From a virus (taxonomy: Duplodnaviria > Caudoviricetes), in IMG/VR virus record IMGVR_UViG_3300037400_003675, positions 276 to 64,275 of that record: a stretch of 64,000 bases of DNA. One strand, 5' to 3'. Shown here piece after piece: positions 9,586 through 18,763 of this stretch (its first letter is position 1; each line of letters starts with the position of its first letter). The notes under the pieces were generated by a model. That model saw only the letters and a list, made by a program, of their open reading frames with translations. It had not been told where the DNA came from and ran no database searches. Both the position numbers and the translations under genes were made by a program.

Positions 9586-10056
9586 ATGGCAGAAGAGCGC
9601 GGCATATTGGAGCGCCTGTGGAAGAAGGACTCCTACACGGTAGGCAGGTTCTACCTCCGTGGGCGCATAGTGTGCAACACCCTTGAGGACAAGGATCGGG
9701 GGCTGAAGCAGTCCGATGACCTCGCCTACATACAGGAGAATAAGGTGTACGGCCAGACGGCCATCCCGAAGGGAACCTACAAGGTGGTGTTCACGGTGTC
9801 CGAGAAGTTCAAGAACAGGGCCTGGGCAAAGCCGTACGGCGGCAAGGTGCCCGAGCTCCTCGGAGTGAAGGGATTCTCGGGCGTCAGGGTGCATCCGTTC
9901 AACCGGGCGGAAGAATCCCTCGGCTGCATCAGTTTCGGCGAGAACAAGGTCAAGGGGCAGGTAATCAATGCTACCAAGTGGTATTACCATATCCTTAACA
10001 ATTACTGGATTCCGGCCTGGAATCGCGGCGATGACGTAATCCTTGAAATCATATGA
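9586..10056 (+). CDS. DUF5675-family putative endolysin
   Basis: CNTLED, AIPKGTY, GVRVH and SLGCI motifs, adjacent to the holin. Confidence 0.75.
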   Translation: MAEERGILERLWKKDSYTVGRFYLRGRIVCNTLEDKDRGLKQSDDLAYIQENKVYGQTAIPKGTYKVVFTVSEKFKNRAWAKPYGGKVPELLGVKGFSGVRVHPFNRAEESLGCISFGENKVKGQVINATKWYYHILNNYWIPAWNRGDDVILEII

Positions 10057-10217
10057 CAAGAGAAGATGCCGTAAGCAAGATATTGTCCGACCTGGGGCTT
10101 CCGCGGTCCTGCGAGGACTATGTGTATCAGATGATGGGATTGCTCGGCTGCGACGATGACCTCGACCCCGAGACGGTCAGGGGCGTGGAGCTGGTGATCA
10201 AGAGGGATATGAAATAA
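10053..10217 (+). CDS. 54-aa hypothetical protein (MTREDAVSK...)
   Basis: Manual translation; ATGA overlap with the previous stop. Confidence 0.6.
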   Translation: MTREDAVSKILSDLGLPRSCEDYVYQMMGLLGCDDDLDPETVRGVELVIKRDMK

Positions 10218-10231
10218 GTATTTGTGTTATT

Positions 10232-10759
10232 ATGGAAGAAAAGAAACGAGTGAAGGTCCAGCCTGGGCCGTTAATCTTCAATGTGATAGGCTACGATTCC
10301 CGGCTGTTCATGCTAACGCTTCTTATGATGCCGGGGATAGCATCCTGCGGGATATGCAAGCCGGTGAAGCTGCAAGTGGAGTACAGGGATTCGGTCCGCG
10401 TGGAGATCCGCGAGCGGGTCGTCCACGACACGGCCACCTTCGAGGTTCCCGGTGAGGTGGAGCGCATCGTAACCCGTGACACCTCGTCACGCCTTGAAAA
10501 CTCCTACGCGGTGAGTGAGGCCGTCGTCACCGGCGGGCTCCTCCACCACAGCCTCCGGACAAAGCCCCAGACAATCGAGGTCCCCGTGGCCGTACGGGTC
10601 CGGGACACGACGACGGCCCACACCAGCAGCGCCGTCGAGGAGCAGAAGATCATCGAGGGTCCCCGCGAGCTGACGTGGTGGCAGGAATTTCGGCTCAAGG
10701 CGTTCTGGGTCCTCGTGGCAAGCCTTGCCATAATCGTATTCGTAGTGTTCAAGTTTTAA
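10232..10759 (+). CDS. Putative unimolecular spanin-like lipoprotein
   Basis: Hydrophobic stretch ending in lipobox-like IASC, a beta-rich middle and a C-terminal TM helix, within the lysis cassette. Confidence 0.55.
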   Translation: MEEKKRVKVQPGPLIFNVIGYDSRLFMLTLLMMPGIASCGICKPVKLQVEYRDSVRVEIRERVVHDTATFEVPGEVERIVTRDTSSRLENSYAVSEAVVTGGLLHHSLRTKPQTIEVPVAVRVRDTTTAHTSSAVEEQKIIEGPRELTWWQEFRLKAFWVLVASLAIIVFVVFKF

Positions 10760-10775
10760 TCATAAATCTATCATT

Positions 10776-11045
10776 ATGGGAAATTGGATTCGTAAAATCT
10801 GGAACTGGATTGTGAAGCAGCTTTACAAGGTTCCATTCGACAAGTGGCTGCATTTCATTGCCGGTCTCATCATCGGCGCTTTCTTCTGCATTACCCTCGG
10901 GATGAAAGCAGCGATAGTCCCCGTCATATTCGCCGGATTCATTAAGGAGTTCTTCGATATGTGGACTACCGATAAGGCAGACTGGTATGACTTCCTGGCG
11001 ACCGTGATAGGCGGCCTGGTAATCCAACTCTTCGTCATCATCTGA
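10776..11045 (+). CDS. Small membrane protein
   Basis: 89 aa, DKWLHF...D.LAT..GG pattern, hydrophobic. Confidence 0.7.
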   Translation: MGNWIRKIWNWIVKQLYKVPFDKWLHFIAGLIIGAFFCITLGMKAAIVPVIFAGFIKEFFDMWTTDKADWYDFLATVIGGLVIQLFVII

Positions 11046-11064
11046 CATTGCGGGGGCATAGAAT

Positions 11065-11191
11065 AAAAAAAAGCCCCCGGATTTGTAAAAGCATCACCAA
11101 ATACAAAATTGCGCCATATTGCGCCGGGGACTTTAAGAGTCGTCAGCAATGTGGCGTAAAGTTGTATTTATTGTGATGCACTGCAAATGTA
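11065..11191 (-). ncRNA. Promoter-driven structured short RNA or attenuator, antisense to the lysis cassette
   Basis: TACATTTG at 11191-11184, two interleaved inverted repeats, and a U8 tract. Confidence 0.5.
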
Positions 11192-11197
11192 ACAAAA

Positions 11198-11596
11198 ATG
11201 TCTGACATTGAGAACATTGGGAAGAAAATTTTATTAGAATTTCTTGATTTTGTTCGGTTTAAGGTAGAGAACGACGCCGTGGCCTGCGTGAGCAAGATGT
11301 ATTACCGCGACGAGAACGGAAACAAGCACTCCGCCCCGTATTGGTCGGAGCCCCAGGTGCGTGCGGTCTATGAGAAGGTCGCCAAGCGCATTCCGGGAGC
11401 ATACACCTTCTGGGACTTCTATGTGACGCTCAATATGATTGCCAGCGACAACTGGCCAGTCATCCAGAAGTGGTTCCCCGGAGCTGATGAGCAGGCGAAA
11501 ACGGAGAAGGCGGTTGATCTTGCCGTCGCCTGGCTGGACGACCCGGACAACCCCTATGGGGACAGCAAGACCTGGGACTATCTCCACGCGAAATAG
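11198..11596 (+). CDS. Hypothetical protein
   Basis: 132-aa ORF, last gene of the rightward operon. Confidence 0.7.
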   Translation: MSDIENIGKKILLEFLDFVRFKVENDAVACVSKMYYRDENGNKHSAPYWSEPQVRAVYEKVAKRIPGAYTFWDFYVTLNMIASDNWPVIQKWFPGADEQAKTEKAVDLAVAWLDDPDNPYGDSKTWDYLHAK

Positions 11597-11621
11597 ACTC
11601 TCTCCCGTTCCAACCCTATAT

Positions 11622-11660
11622 AAAAAGTCCCTCCTGCCGCAGAGATGTGCCGGGAGGGAC
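11622..11660 (-). terminator. Terminator at the convergence of late (+) and early (-) operons
   Basis: GTCCCTCC/GGAGGGAC stem with an A5 tract that gives a U tract on the minus strand. Confidence 0.65.
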
Positions 11661-11687
11661 AATCAGTAGAGAGAGTGTATCGTTAAG

Positions 11688-12377
11688 TTATAACTTTTTA
11701 AGGTCGTTAAGCAGGTTTTTAAGGTTTTCGTAGTTCAGACTCCAATGGAACACCTTAATCATCTTTACATTATCCCTTGTGTTAAGGTTGTCCAATTTAT
11801 CCAAAAGCAGACAAAGGTCAGTTACTTGTTGCTCGCTGGGCTTCCAATGAGTTTGCTCCGCGAATTGAATCCCATCTTGCCTGCCTCGTTCATATTCAAG
11901 ATTCCCAAACTTCACGAAATCCTCTTTTGACAAGCCGGGTTGGGGACAAAGGGATTTGAGGAATTTTTGAAGTTCCACAGCTTCATCGGGATTGATAATT
12001 TTATACTTATCTGTACAAGAGCCTGCCCATTCAATAATACTAATAGCCCGTTTAAGCAATCCTTCATCTTCCTTGCTCCACTCTGCTAGCTTCTGTTCTT
12101 GTTTTTCCAGCCTTCTGCCCTCCTTCACCCCCTCCTGAAATGCTTTTGTATCGAGGATTTCGGGGGCTTGCTCTTTCTGCCTTTCGAGATAGGCAATAGC
12201 ATCTTTTAGATTATACCCATTCATTTCTACCCAGTAAATAAGGTCTTTACCTTCGTTAAGCAATTTAATCAAGGCTTGCCTTATCCTCTCGTCCTCGCTT
12301 TCCTTTTTGATAAAGACAACCTTGTTGCCTTCAATCTTGGCTTCATAGCCTTTGGGAATTGTAATTTCTTTATCCAT
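11688..12377 (-). CDS. Modular hypothetical early protein (paralogue of 20992-21642)
   Basis: Start at MDKEITIPKG. Shares the PQPGLSKEDF.KFGN.EYERGRQDGIQFAE module. Confidence 0.7.
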   Translation of the reverse strand: MDKEITIPKGYEAKIEGNKVVFIKKESEDERIRQALIKLLNEGKDLIYWVEMNGYNLKDAIAYLERQKEQAPEILDTKAFQEGVKEGRRLEKQEQKLAEWSKEDEGLLKRAISIIEWAGSCTDKYKIINPDEAVELQKFLKSLCPQPGLSKEDFVKFGNLEYERGRQDGIQFAEQTHWKPSEQQVTDLCLLLDKLDNLNTRDNVKMIKVFHWSLNYENLKNLLNDLKKL

Positions 12378-12379
12378 AA

Positions 12380-12928
12380 CTATTCGTTTTTGAAAATTCT
12401 TGGTATCGGCATCCAATATTCTATTGCTGCTTCCGTGTACTCATCGTCCAAATCTGACCACTCTTCCAACTCTGCATCAAAATAAGTTACACCTACACAT
12501 TGCGGCACTCCGCACATTTCTTCAATACAAGTGAAATACCACCCACTGACATCGGGTGTCTTGTCCAGGACTGATATCCAGGGGCTCTCCTGCTGAACCA
12601 CTTTCGGCTTACAAACGAATACTTCCCTGCACCGCTCTATAAAACCCTCTGTAATAGCGGGTTCTTTCTTGCAGCCCTTGTTTGGGACGAGAAAAAGATC
12701 GAGAGGGGTCGGCTGATTTTCCGATAGAGTCTTTCCCTCCTTGGTATATGAGCAATCGAACTCTGATGTCTAGGACTGAGATATCAGGGCAATAATGGGA
12801 AACTGAGACTTCTTGTCCCAGCAGACGATGCGGGCGGGACGGCCATTCCTCGTCACTACAAGCAACTCTCCGCTTTCTATCTTGCTGCGGAGGGAAACGT
12901 CAAATGGTATTCTTTTTTCCTGTGCCAT
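12380..12928 (-). pseudogene. 182-codon composite gene with an in-frame TAG at codon 53; DUF551-like C-terminus
   Basis: The N-terminus aligns with paralogue 19253-19675 on both sides of the TAG at 12772-12770, and the frame continues into WISV...YWMPIP. Confidence 0.7.
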
Positions 12929-12930
12929 AT

Positions 12931-13188
12931 CTATACTTTCTTGATTAAGAGTTCAACTTCAATTGGTTCGTCCTCCCAGTGGAGGTCGGGGAAATCGGCC
13001 CCGTTGAGGGCCATTGGATTCGGTGGCAGCACCCACGATACTTCGCCACGCAGAGGGGTGGGGCAAAGAGGGGGGGGGGAGCAAAAGAGATTCAGGCAGC
13101 CATCCTTATCTCTCGCCACCCAACCCTTTATCTTCGGGAGGGAATTGATTTCGGTAAGGGCTTTCTTTGTGTTTTCTTCTCGTGACAT
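12931..13188 (-). CDS. Hypothetical protein (paralogue of 22013-22381)
   Basis: KALTEINSLPKI.G.VARD.DG and PIEVELLIKKV are shared with the paralogue. Confidence 0.75.
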   Translation of the reverse strand: MSREENTKKALTEINSLPKIKGWVARDKDGCLNLFCSPPPLCPTPLRGEVSWVLPPNPMALNGADFPDLHWEDEPIEVELLIKKV

Positions 13189-13247
13189 ATCTTGATGATT
13201 TATAGGAATTAATAGAAATTGTTAAAAATCTATACGTTTTTATTGGT

Positions 13248-13619
13248 TTACTTTTTACCATTCTTTTCAAAGTAGAACACAACCTCTGGCGGCATCTCCA
13301 CTACCAGCCCGTACCTCACCATCATACGATAGGTGAAATCCCTCCTGCAACATATCTGACCGCGCTGCAAGGCGTTACGGAAATTCTCCAACGATAGTGC
13401 GCCTTTGCGATAATTGCAAGGGCGGCAGGCTGGCATAAGGTTGTCTATATCATCGCTGCCCCGTTGCTTCCCCAGCTCGCGGAGATCTGCATCGCTTAAT
13501 GTGCGATTTTTCGGCACGAGGTGGTCTATCTGCATATCCTCCAGCGCTATAATCCTGCCGCAGTATGCACACCTGCCCCCGTATTTAAGATATATTTCCG
13601 TGCGTTGTACTTTGCCCAT
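13248..13619 (-). CDS. HNH endonuclease
   Basis: CAYCG, IDHLVP and NLMPACRPCNYRKG motifs. Confidence 0.88.
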   Translation of the reverse strand: MGKVQRTEIYLKYGGRCAYCGRIIALEDMQIDHLVPKNRTLSDADLRELGKQRGSDDIDNLMPACRPCNYRKGALSLENFRNALQRGQICCRRDFTYRMMVRYGLVVEMPPEVVFYFEKNGKK

Positions 13620-13623
13620 AATT

Positions 13624-13812
13624 CTAATTATTAACTATCATAGTCAGCGTGTTGACCAGTTGTCTTAATTGCCCTCTGTCCATATAGAATAACTGTCTTT
13701 GAACTTTGCCGAGCTCGTACATACCAATGAGAGTTCTTTCTCCATCATCTACGATCTGCCCCCATTTGCCGTCATTTTTGACTAATTCGATTTCAATTCT
13801 ATCCTTGCTCAT
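13624..13812 (-). CDS. Hypothetical protein
   Basis: 62 aa, ATGA-coupled in the operon. Confidence 0.6.
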   Translation of the reverse strand: MSKDRIEIELVKNDGKWGQIVDDGERTLIGMYELGKVQRQLFYMDRGQLRQLVNTLTMIVNN

Positions 13813-14192
13813 ACTACTATCTCCTTTTTAATTCCGCAGATTTTGAGGGCGTGCTGGAGTTCATGGAAATACCATAGCGAAATTTTAGATTCATAGCCCA
13901 TATATCCGAACCGCATAATCCCGCCATTCCTGCCTGATATACAGAAAAATGTATCATGATTTCCTATTTGCCAAGAATCTACCCCATTCCATACGCACTC
14001 CTTAAACCCGTTCTTCTCCAAGATTTCGGGAGTGAGGGTGATAGGGGAAAGTTCGTCTATGGATGCAAGTACCCCGAAGAAATGGCCATTGGGCATAACC
14101 CACACATCCCCATTCGTTGCCAAGGAGATAACCCTAACAACCTCGCCCCGATAGAGCACAAGGTCGTTCAACATTAAATCCGTTACTTTCAT
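13809..14192 (-). CDS. Hypothetical protein (YopX-like resemblance)
   Basis: M..DLV and PITLTPEILEKNGF pattern common in Bacteroidota phages. Confidence 0.6.
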   Translation of the reverse strand: MKVTDLMLNDLVLYRGEVVRVISLATNGDVWVMPNGHFFGVLASIDELSPITLTPEILEKNGFKECVWNGVDSWQIGNHDTFFCISGRNGGIMRFGYMGYESKISLWYFHELQHALKICGIKKEIVV

Positions 14193-14213
14193 GGTTTGAT
14201 ATGTTTATTTAGT

Positions 14214-14393
14214 TCAAATAATTCCGGCATCTGCTTCCTCTTGGTGATACCTGAACAGCTCCAGCCGGCGGAGTCGCTCTTTCGCCTCTTCGCTCTCGGC
14301 CTGCTCGCGCAGCTCCCCGATCTTGTGCCAGTCGTACTTCGAGAACTCCCGGGCCTGGATAAGCAAGGTTTCATCTTTCGGTGTCAGTGCCAT
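14214..14393 (-). CDS. 59-aa hypothetical protein (MALTPKDETLL...)
   Basis: Manual translation; fits the gap better than the 14189-14374 frame in the track. Confidence 0.6.
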   Translation of the reverse strand: MALTPKDETLLIQAREFSKYDWHKIGELREQAESEEAKERLRRLELFRYHQEEADAGII

Positions 14394-14405
14394 AATCGTA
14401 TCGGT

Positions 14406-14606
14406 TTATTTCTTTCTTTGCTTGTTCTTGTACTTCAACACATATTCAGGCGAGCGCCAGGACTTGCATTCTTCTTCGGATTGGTTGTGCATGATAGTGC
14501 CGAACCATATGCAGCAGAGATACGGCGTTCCGTCGAGGTATCTCCCCTCGCGTAGCCAACCGCAACCTTGGCAGTTGCTTGCGAACTCATCATAACGCTT
14601 TGCCAT
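14406..14606 (-). CDS. Small Cys-rich hypothetical protein
   Basis: 66 aa with CQGC...CC...C, possibly zinc-binding. Confidence 0.6.
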   Translation of the reverse strand: MAKRYDEFASNCQGCGWLREGRYLDGTPYLCCIWFGTIMHNQSEEECKSWRSPEYVLKYKNKQRKK

Positions 14607-14614
14607 AACTCTCG

Positions 14615-16687
14615 CTAATAGGGTAAATCACCGTCATCTCCTGGGTCGAACTCGTTGTTGAACGGCACCTGCGGCTCGGAGTATTCCTGCCAGCCGTAGT
14701 CGTGGTCTTCGTTGCGCTCGTTCTCAAGCCTGCGGTCAACCTCGTTGAAGAAGAGGCCGCATAGCATCTCGTTCGCCGTGCCGTTGCTCCTGCATTTGGC
14801 AACTTCCAGGATGGTGGAATACCCGGCGAGCTGTATGTCGTCAAGCCTCTTCCTTCCCCAGAAGTCTATGGCCCTCTTCTCGAAGTCCGTATTCACGCGG
14901 TGCAGGAGGAACACGTTGTCCGGCACATTGTAGAGGTCTGCCGTGCCGGATATGTCCTGCATACGCAGAAGTTTTGCCTGCGTCTCCTTACGCGGATGCG
15001 CCACGAGGAGTATATGGACGCGCTTCGCCTTGGCGTAATCCATCATTTGCTTGATGAGCTGCCCCTGCAGGTCGTTCTTCTCTCCCTCGAAGTCGAGATC
15101 CATGATCATCAGGTTGTCCACAAAGATTATCTTCGCTCCTTTCTTCTCGACGGCATCGCGGATGCTGGGGAAGAGTTTGCTCCACTTGCTTCCGTAGTCG
15201 TTGTTGTAGAGGAAGAAATACTTGGAATCCAACCAGCGGTCAATCTTCTCGCTCACCTCCCTGTCCGCATAGCAGTATGCCAGTTCCTCTCCCCTCCACA
15301 CCTTCGTCACCGCAGGGCCTGCGGCAATCTGCCGGAGCCACTGCATGAAGAGTGCGCCGGGCAGCTCCCCGGAGAAGGCCGCGGTAGGGAATCCCGCCTG
15401 CAGGGCCGAGAGGATCAGCTCGTCGATAAGGGTGGACTTCCCGCATCCGCTAAGCCCCGAAAGGACGGTCACGCCGGGAACGCCAAGCCCCCTTATCTTG
15501 TTGTCCAGCCGGGTTATCCCGGTCGGCACATAGATGGCGTTGCGCGGGTCCTCCCACTTCACTTCCGACGCCTTCATCCATACGGGGCCGAGGTCGGATG
15601 TCACCTCGTGCTTGAAAAGGTCCGAAAGATTCCCTCTACCCCGCCTGCGGTCGTTGTAGTCGCGCTTGAACTCATAGGCTGACAAGTCTGCCTGGGAGTA
15701 GGCGTTAGGCTCGTAGAAAAGCCTGTATTCCTTCCATCCGTACTGCGAGCAGCTGTTATGGAAACAATGATAGCAGAGAGTTCCGTCGGTGCGCTGGATG
15801 ACCGCCGCGTCCTTGTGCGTGGAATCCCAGGGGCACTCGTCGAGAATATAGCGGACGCCCCCGTTATAGGGCTCCCTTGACTTGACCTTGATGTTATGCT
15901 CGGTGAAGAATGCCTCTATGTCGAACTTCTTCCTGCCGAAGTCGTTCTGGGCGGTCTGCGCCTCGGGCTGCGGTTTCATCGCCGCGACCTTGCGGATATA
16001 GGAGATGTCGGTGAACTCCCACCTTTCGGGGACCTTCACGAAACGCGACTCCCTCTGCGGCCTTTCGGGCGTGTCGATGCCTTTCCTGGAAGTGGTGCCG
16101 ATCAGCTTGGTAATCCTCGCCGCGTTGAACACGGAAGTGTCCACGTCGCACTTGTCGCTGGAAAACTGGTCGCTTATCACTCCGAGGAAGTCCTTGACGA
16201 GCTGGGTGTTCTCCGGGGTGTTCTGCAGCTTCACGCGATAGTACATATGGTATCCGTTCCCGCTGTCCGCTACCACCGGTGTCGAGAACCCCTGCGCCTT
16301 GAGGAAGGAGCCTATGGCGCACATCGTCTTGCGTGCGTAGCCCTTTTCCTCGTCGGTGGCGTTCACGCCGCTGATGCGTACCGGGTCGAGGTCAATCAGG
16401 ATCATCGTCCTGCCGGTGATGATGTTGTCCCCGGTAGCCTCGTCCTTCGAGATGCGGATAATACGGCCGGCCTGTTTCCGCCCAAGGCAATCGTCGTTCA
16501 CTATGTTGATGATGCCGTAGATGGCCTTGTCCGCGTAGGGACGCAGGGCATCTATCATCTTATGCACATCGTTGAAGTATCCGGAATAGCTGTTGGCACC
16601 ATCCAGGATACGCACTTCGGTCAGGGGATGTTCTCCCTTGAATATCTCCCACCACTTGAGTATTGTCTGTTCGTTAAGGCCGGTCAT
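14615..16687 (-). CDS. Primase-helicase fusion (AEP/RepB-like primase, Zn finger, T7 gp4/Twinkle-like helicase)
   Basis: IDLD and DSGNGYH primase motifs, CPW...H...CYHCFHNSC zinc finger, GLSGCGKST Walker A, IFVDNL, VAHPRK and DISGT helicase motifs. Confidence 0.88.
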   Translation of the reverse strand: MTGLNEQTILKWWEIFKGEHPLTEVRILDGANSYSGYFNDVHKMIDALRPYADKAIYGIINIVNDDCLGRKQAGRIIRISKDEATGDNIITGRTMILIDLDPVRISGVNATDEEKGYARKTMCAIGSFLKAQGFSTPVVADSGNGYHMYYRVKLQNTPENTQLVKDFLGVISDQFSSDKCDVDTSVFNAARITKLIGTTSRKGIDTPERPQRESRFVKVPERWEFTDISYIRKVAAMKPQPEAQTAQNDFGRKKFDIEAFFTEHNIKVKSREPYNGGVRYILDECPWDSTHKDAAVIQRTDGTLCYHCFHNSCSQYGWKEYRLFYEPNAYSQADLSAYEFKRDYNDRRRGRGNLSDLFKHEVTSDLGPVWMKASEVKWEDPRNAIYVPTGITRLDNKIRGLGVPGVTVLSGLSGCGKSTLIDELILSALQAGFPTAAFSGELPGALFMQWLRQIAAGPAVTKVWRGEELAYCYADREVSEKIDRWLDSKYFFLYNNDYGSKWSKLFPSIRDAVEKKGAKIIFVDNLMIMDLDFEGEKNDLQGQLIKQMMDYAKAKRVHILLVAHPRKETQAKLLRMQDISGTADLYNVPDNVFLLHRVNTDFEKRAIDFWGRKRLDDIQLAGYSTILEVAKCRSNGTANEMLCGLFFNEVDRRLENERNEDHDYGWQEYSEPQVPFNNEFDPGDDGDLPY

Positions 16688-16706
16688 ATCTTTGCCGCTT
16701 GTCTAA

Positions 16707-17015
16707 TCATTGGAAGCCTGCGGGTGCTGCGTTGACCTTCGCTTCCGGTTGCGGTGCGTCGGGGTCGTAAACCACCTCGCCCTTTCGGTTGAAAATCGGA
16801 TTCTGGAAAACCCTGTCGCGGAGATACCGCTCAAAGTCCTTGCAATAGACCCTTTCCCTGCTTGATACATAGAAAGGTATGTGCCGGGAGGCTTGCTCCC
16901 TCTCTTCTTCTGACAGCCTGTCCCATTGGGCCTTGGCTACCTTCTTGACGCCCTTGCGGTTGTAGGCCAACCAGCATTCTTCAAAGGCGCTGGTGCTTGT
17001 TGCGGGCTTGTTCAT
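16707..17015 (-). CDS. Small replication-associated protein resembling a phage initiator C-terminal domain
   Basis: FEECWLAYNRK..KK.A..QWDRL pattern, between SSB and primase. Confidence 0.5.
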   Translation of the reverse strand: MNKPATSTSAFEECWLAYNRKGVKKVAKAQWDRLSEEEREQASRHIPFYVSSRERVYCKDFERYLRDRVFQNPIFNRKGEVVYDPDAPQPEAKVNAAPAGFQ

Positions 17016-17024
17016 GGCGTGTCA

Positions 17025-17558
17025 TCAAAAGGGAAGGTCGTCTGCCATCTGTCCCCCTTGCTGGGAGAAAGCCTGATTCACCACAGGTGCTGCAGGTGCT
17101 GCAGGTGCAGGGTATGCTACCGGAGCCTGTGCCTGGACGGGTGTGGGTATCGGTGCCGGGGTAGGAGGGGGTGTCGGAACGCCGACAGGGGCGGGTGCGG
17201 CCTGCTGGGTTTCTTCCCTTCTTGCGAGGGGCTGGATGTCCTGAGCGAGAATTTCAGTCTGGAAACGTCTTGCCCCCGACTGGTCATTCCAGGTTCTTGT
17301 CCTGAACTTGCCGGACACGAAAAGGGGCGAGCCTTTTCTTACATACTTCTCCACGAACTCCGCGGTAGGGCCGAAGGCGACGACCGGTATCCACTCGGTG
17401 TTATCGTGATACTGACCGTCCCTGCCTTTGTACCTCTCGGTAGTGGCGAGATTGAAAAACGCTATCTTTTCGGGCTTTTCGGGATTGCCGGAGTTTGAAC
17501 GGATTGTAGGGTCGGCGCCTACATTGCCAATGAACTGGCATAGATTTAAGAATGGCAT
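17025..17558 (-). CDS. ssb: Single-stranded DNA-binding protein
   Basis: GNVGADP, TEW and VSGKFRTRTW OB-fold motifs, a P/A linker and the acidic DDLPF tail. Confidence 0.93.
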   Translation of the reverse strand: MPFLNLCQFIGNVGADPTIRSNSGNPEKPEKIAFFNLATTERYKGRDGQYHDNTEWIPVVAFGPTAEFVEKYVRKGSPLFVSGKFRTRTWNDQSGARRFQTEILAQDIQPLARREETQQAAPAPVGVPTPPPTPAPIPTPVQAQAPVAYPAPAAPAAPVVNQAFSQQGGQMADDLPF

Positions 17559-17580
17559 AATGATATGTGTTTTAAGGTTG

Positions 17581-17925
17581 TTAGTCTATGGGAATGAGGG
17601 ATACCGGTTCTTCTTCTTTCTCGTCGGTATCTCCGATGGCAAGGACATTTGCGGCGAACATCAGGGCGTTGGCGATGCCCTCCGCCTGCCGTTCCCCCTT
17701 AACGTACAGGGAGAGCGAGGTGATATTTCCGAACTTGTTCTTGGTCATCATGCCCAGGGCCTCGGACGGATCGGGGAACACGATACTGATGTAGGCGTGC
17801 CGTTCGCGGGGCTCGCCGGACTGCTTGGCGTGGGTGGAGCCGACGAAGGGCTTGACGCCCTCGAACTCCCCCTCCCGGAGTGTCAGCCTGACAGCTCCGA
17901 TCTGAATTTCATGTGGCTTGCTCAT
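17581..17925 (-). CDS. Hypothetical protein
   Basis: 114-aa ORF in the operon. Confidence 0.65.
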   Translation of the reverse strand: MSKPHEIQIGAVRLTLREGEFEGVKPFVGSTHAKQSGEPRERHAYISIVFPDPSEALGMMTKNKFGNITSLSLYVKGERQAEGIANALMFAANVLAIGDTDEKEEEPVSLIPID

Positions 17926-17929
17926 ATTA

Positions 17930-18367
17930 TTAGAAGTTTATTAGTTTCTGCTCGAATATTTCCGGTGTGACGTACTTGCCGATAATCTTCCAGGCGCAGT
18001 CGGATACCCTCTTGTAGAGTTCCCCGAACTCATCCTCGGTCATGCGCGAGAAGGATATACTCCTGTGCCGGTGGACCATCTTCTTCTCTTCTATGGAATA
18101 GACCTCGACATAGCTGCCCGCCGCAATCTCCAGCTCAATCCTCCAATTGTCGTAGTCATCCCCGAAGTACTCCTTCCTTGCCTGCTCGGGCAGGACCGAG
18201 AAGGATGCCTTCATAAAGGCCATGTACTTGCGGAGGAACTTGACATTCCTCGCCCTGCGTATCTCGATGGTGTAGTCCTCGCCGTTGGTGAGTTCCTGCT
18301 TCATCTTCCAGTCCCGGTCCATCGCGGGAACGAGACCTCTCTCGGTACAAGTAACGGTTAGTTTCAT
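17930..18367 (-). CDS. DUF1367 / NinB-like protein
   Basis: RNVKFLRKYMA and RSISFSRMTEDEFGELY motifs. Confidence 0.7.
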   Translation of the reverse strand: MKLTVTCTERGLVPAMDRDWKMKQELTNGEDYTIEIRRARNVKFLRKYMAFMKASFSVLPEQARKEYFGDDYDNWRIELEIAAGSYVEVYSIEEKKMVHRHRSISFSRMTEDEFGELYKRVSDCAWKIIGKYVTPEIFEQKLINF

Positions 18368-18385
18368 AATGGTATCGGTATTAGT

Positions 18386-18517
18386 CTATTTCCTGAGTTG
18401 CGTCTGGTCCTGCCTGACGGATGACAGGACGATGAACGATGCGGACACACCGACAACCAACCCAATCAGAAAGCCGGCTGCGATGAGTATAACGATGAAA
18501 GAATTGATTTGTTCCAT
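18386..18517 (-). CDS. 43-aa single-TM protein
   Basis: Manual translation MEQINSFIVILIAAGFLIGLVVGVS... Confidence 0.55.
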   Translation of the reverse strand: MEQINSFIVILIAAGFLIGLVVGVSASFIVLSSVRQDQTQLRK

Positions 18518-18526
18518 AATGCTGAA

Positions 18527-18763
18527 TTATTTTAGTGTGAACTCCCAGCCTCCGGCGTAACCGAAGTGCTTGCCGTCGAAGGTGTAGCGGCTCATGTCCT
18601 GGGGGAACGGCAGCTCGTGCTTGACGACCTTCACGGGCCGCTCGTCCAGGTAGTCGCAGAAGTGGGCCGCGCGGTCCTCCGCCTCCTCCAGTGTGTCGAA
18701 GGAGTCGCCGGGGTGGTACCACCAGGAGCCGTCCCGGTGCTGTTCGAGTACGGAGTAGATCAT
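18527..18763 (-). CDS. Hypothetical protein
   Basis: 78 aa, coupled to the upstream gene. Confidence 0.65.
   Translation of the reverse strand: MIYSVLEQHRDGSWWYHPGDSFDTLEEAEDRAAHFCDYLDERPVKVVKHELPFPQDMSRYTFDGKHFGYAGGWEFTLK

Noticed and set aside
10749-11048. 99-aa minus ORF downstream of the 11.1 kb RNA element
   Set aside because: It is antisense to a convincing membrane-protein gene with no supporting codon bias, so it cannot be accepted as the regulated gene.
12770-12772. Genome-wide TAG-to-Gln recoding (code 15)
   Set aside because: Only one in-frame TAG was found. Several genes end in TAG, the 5163-codon gene has none internally, and no CUA-anticodon tRNA is present.
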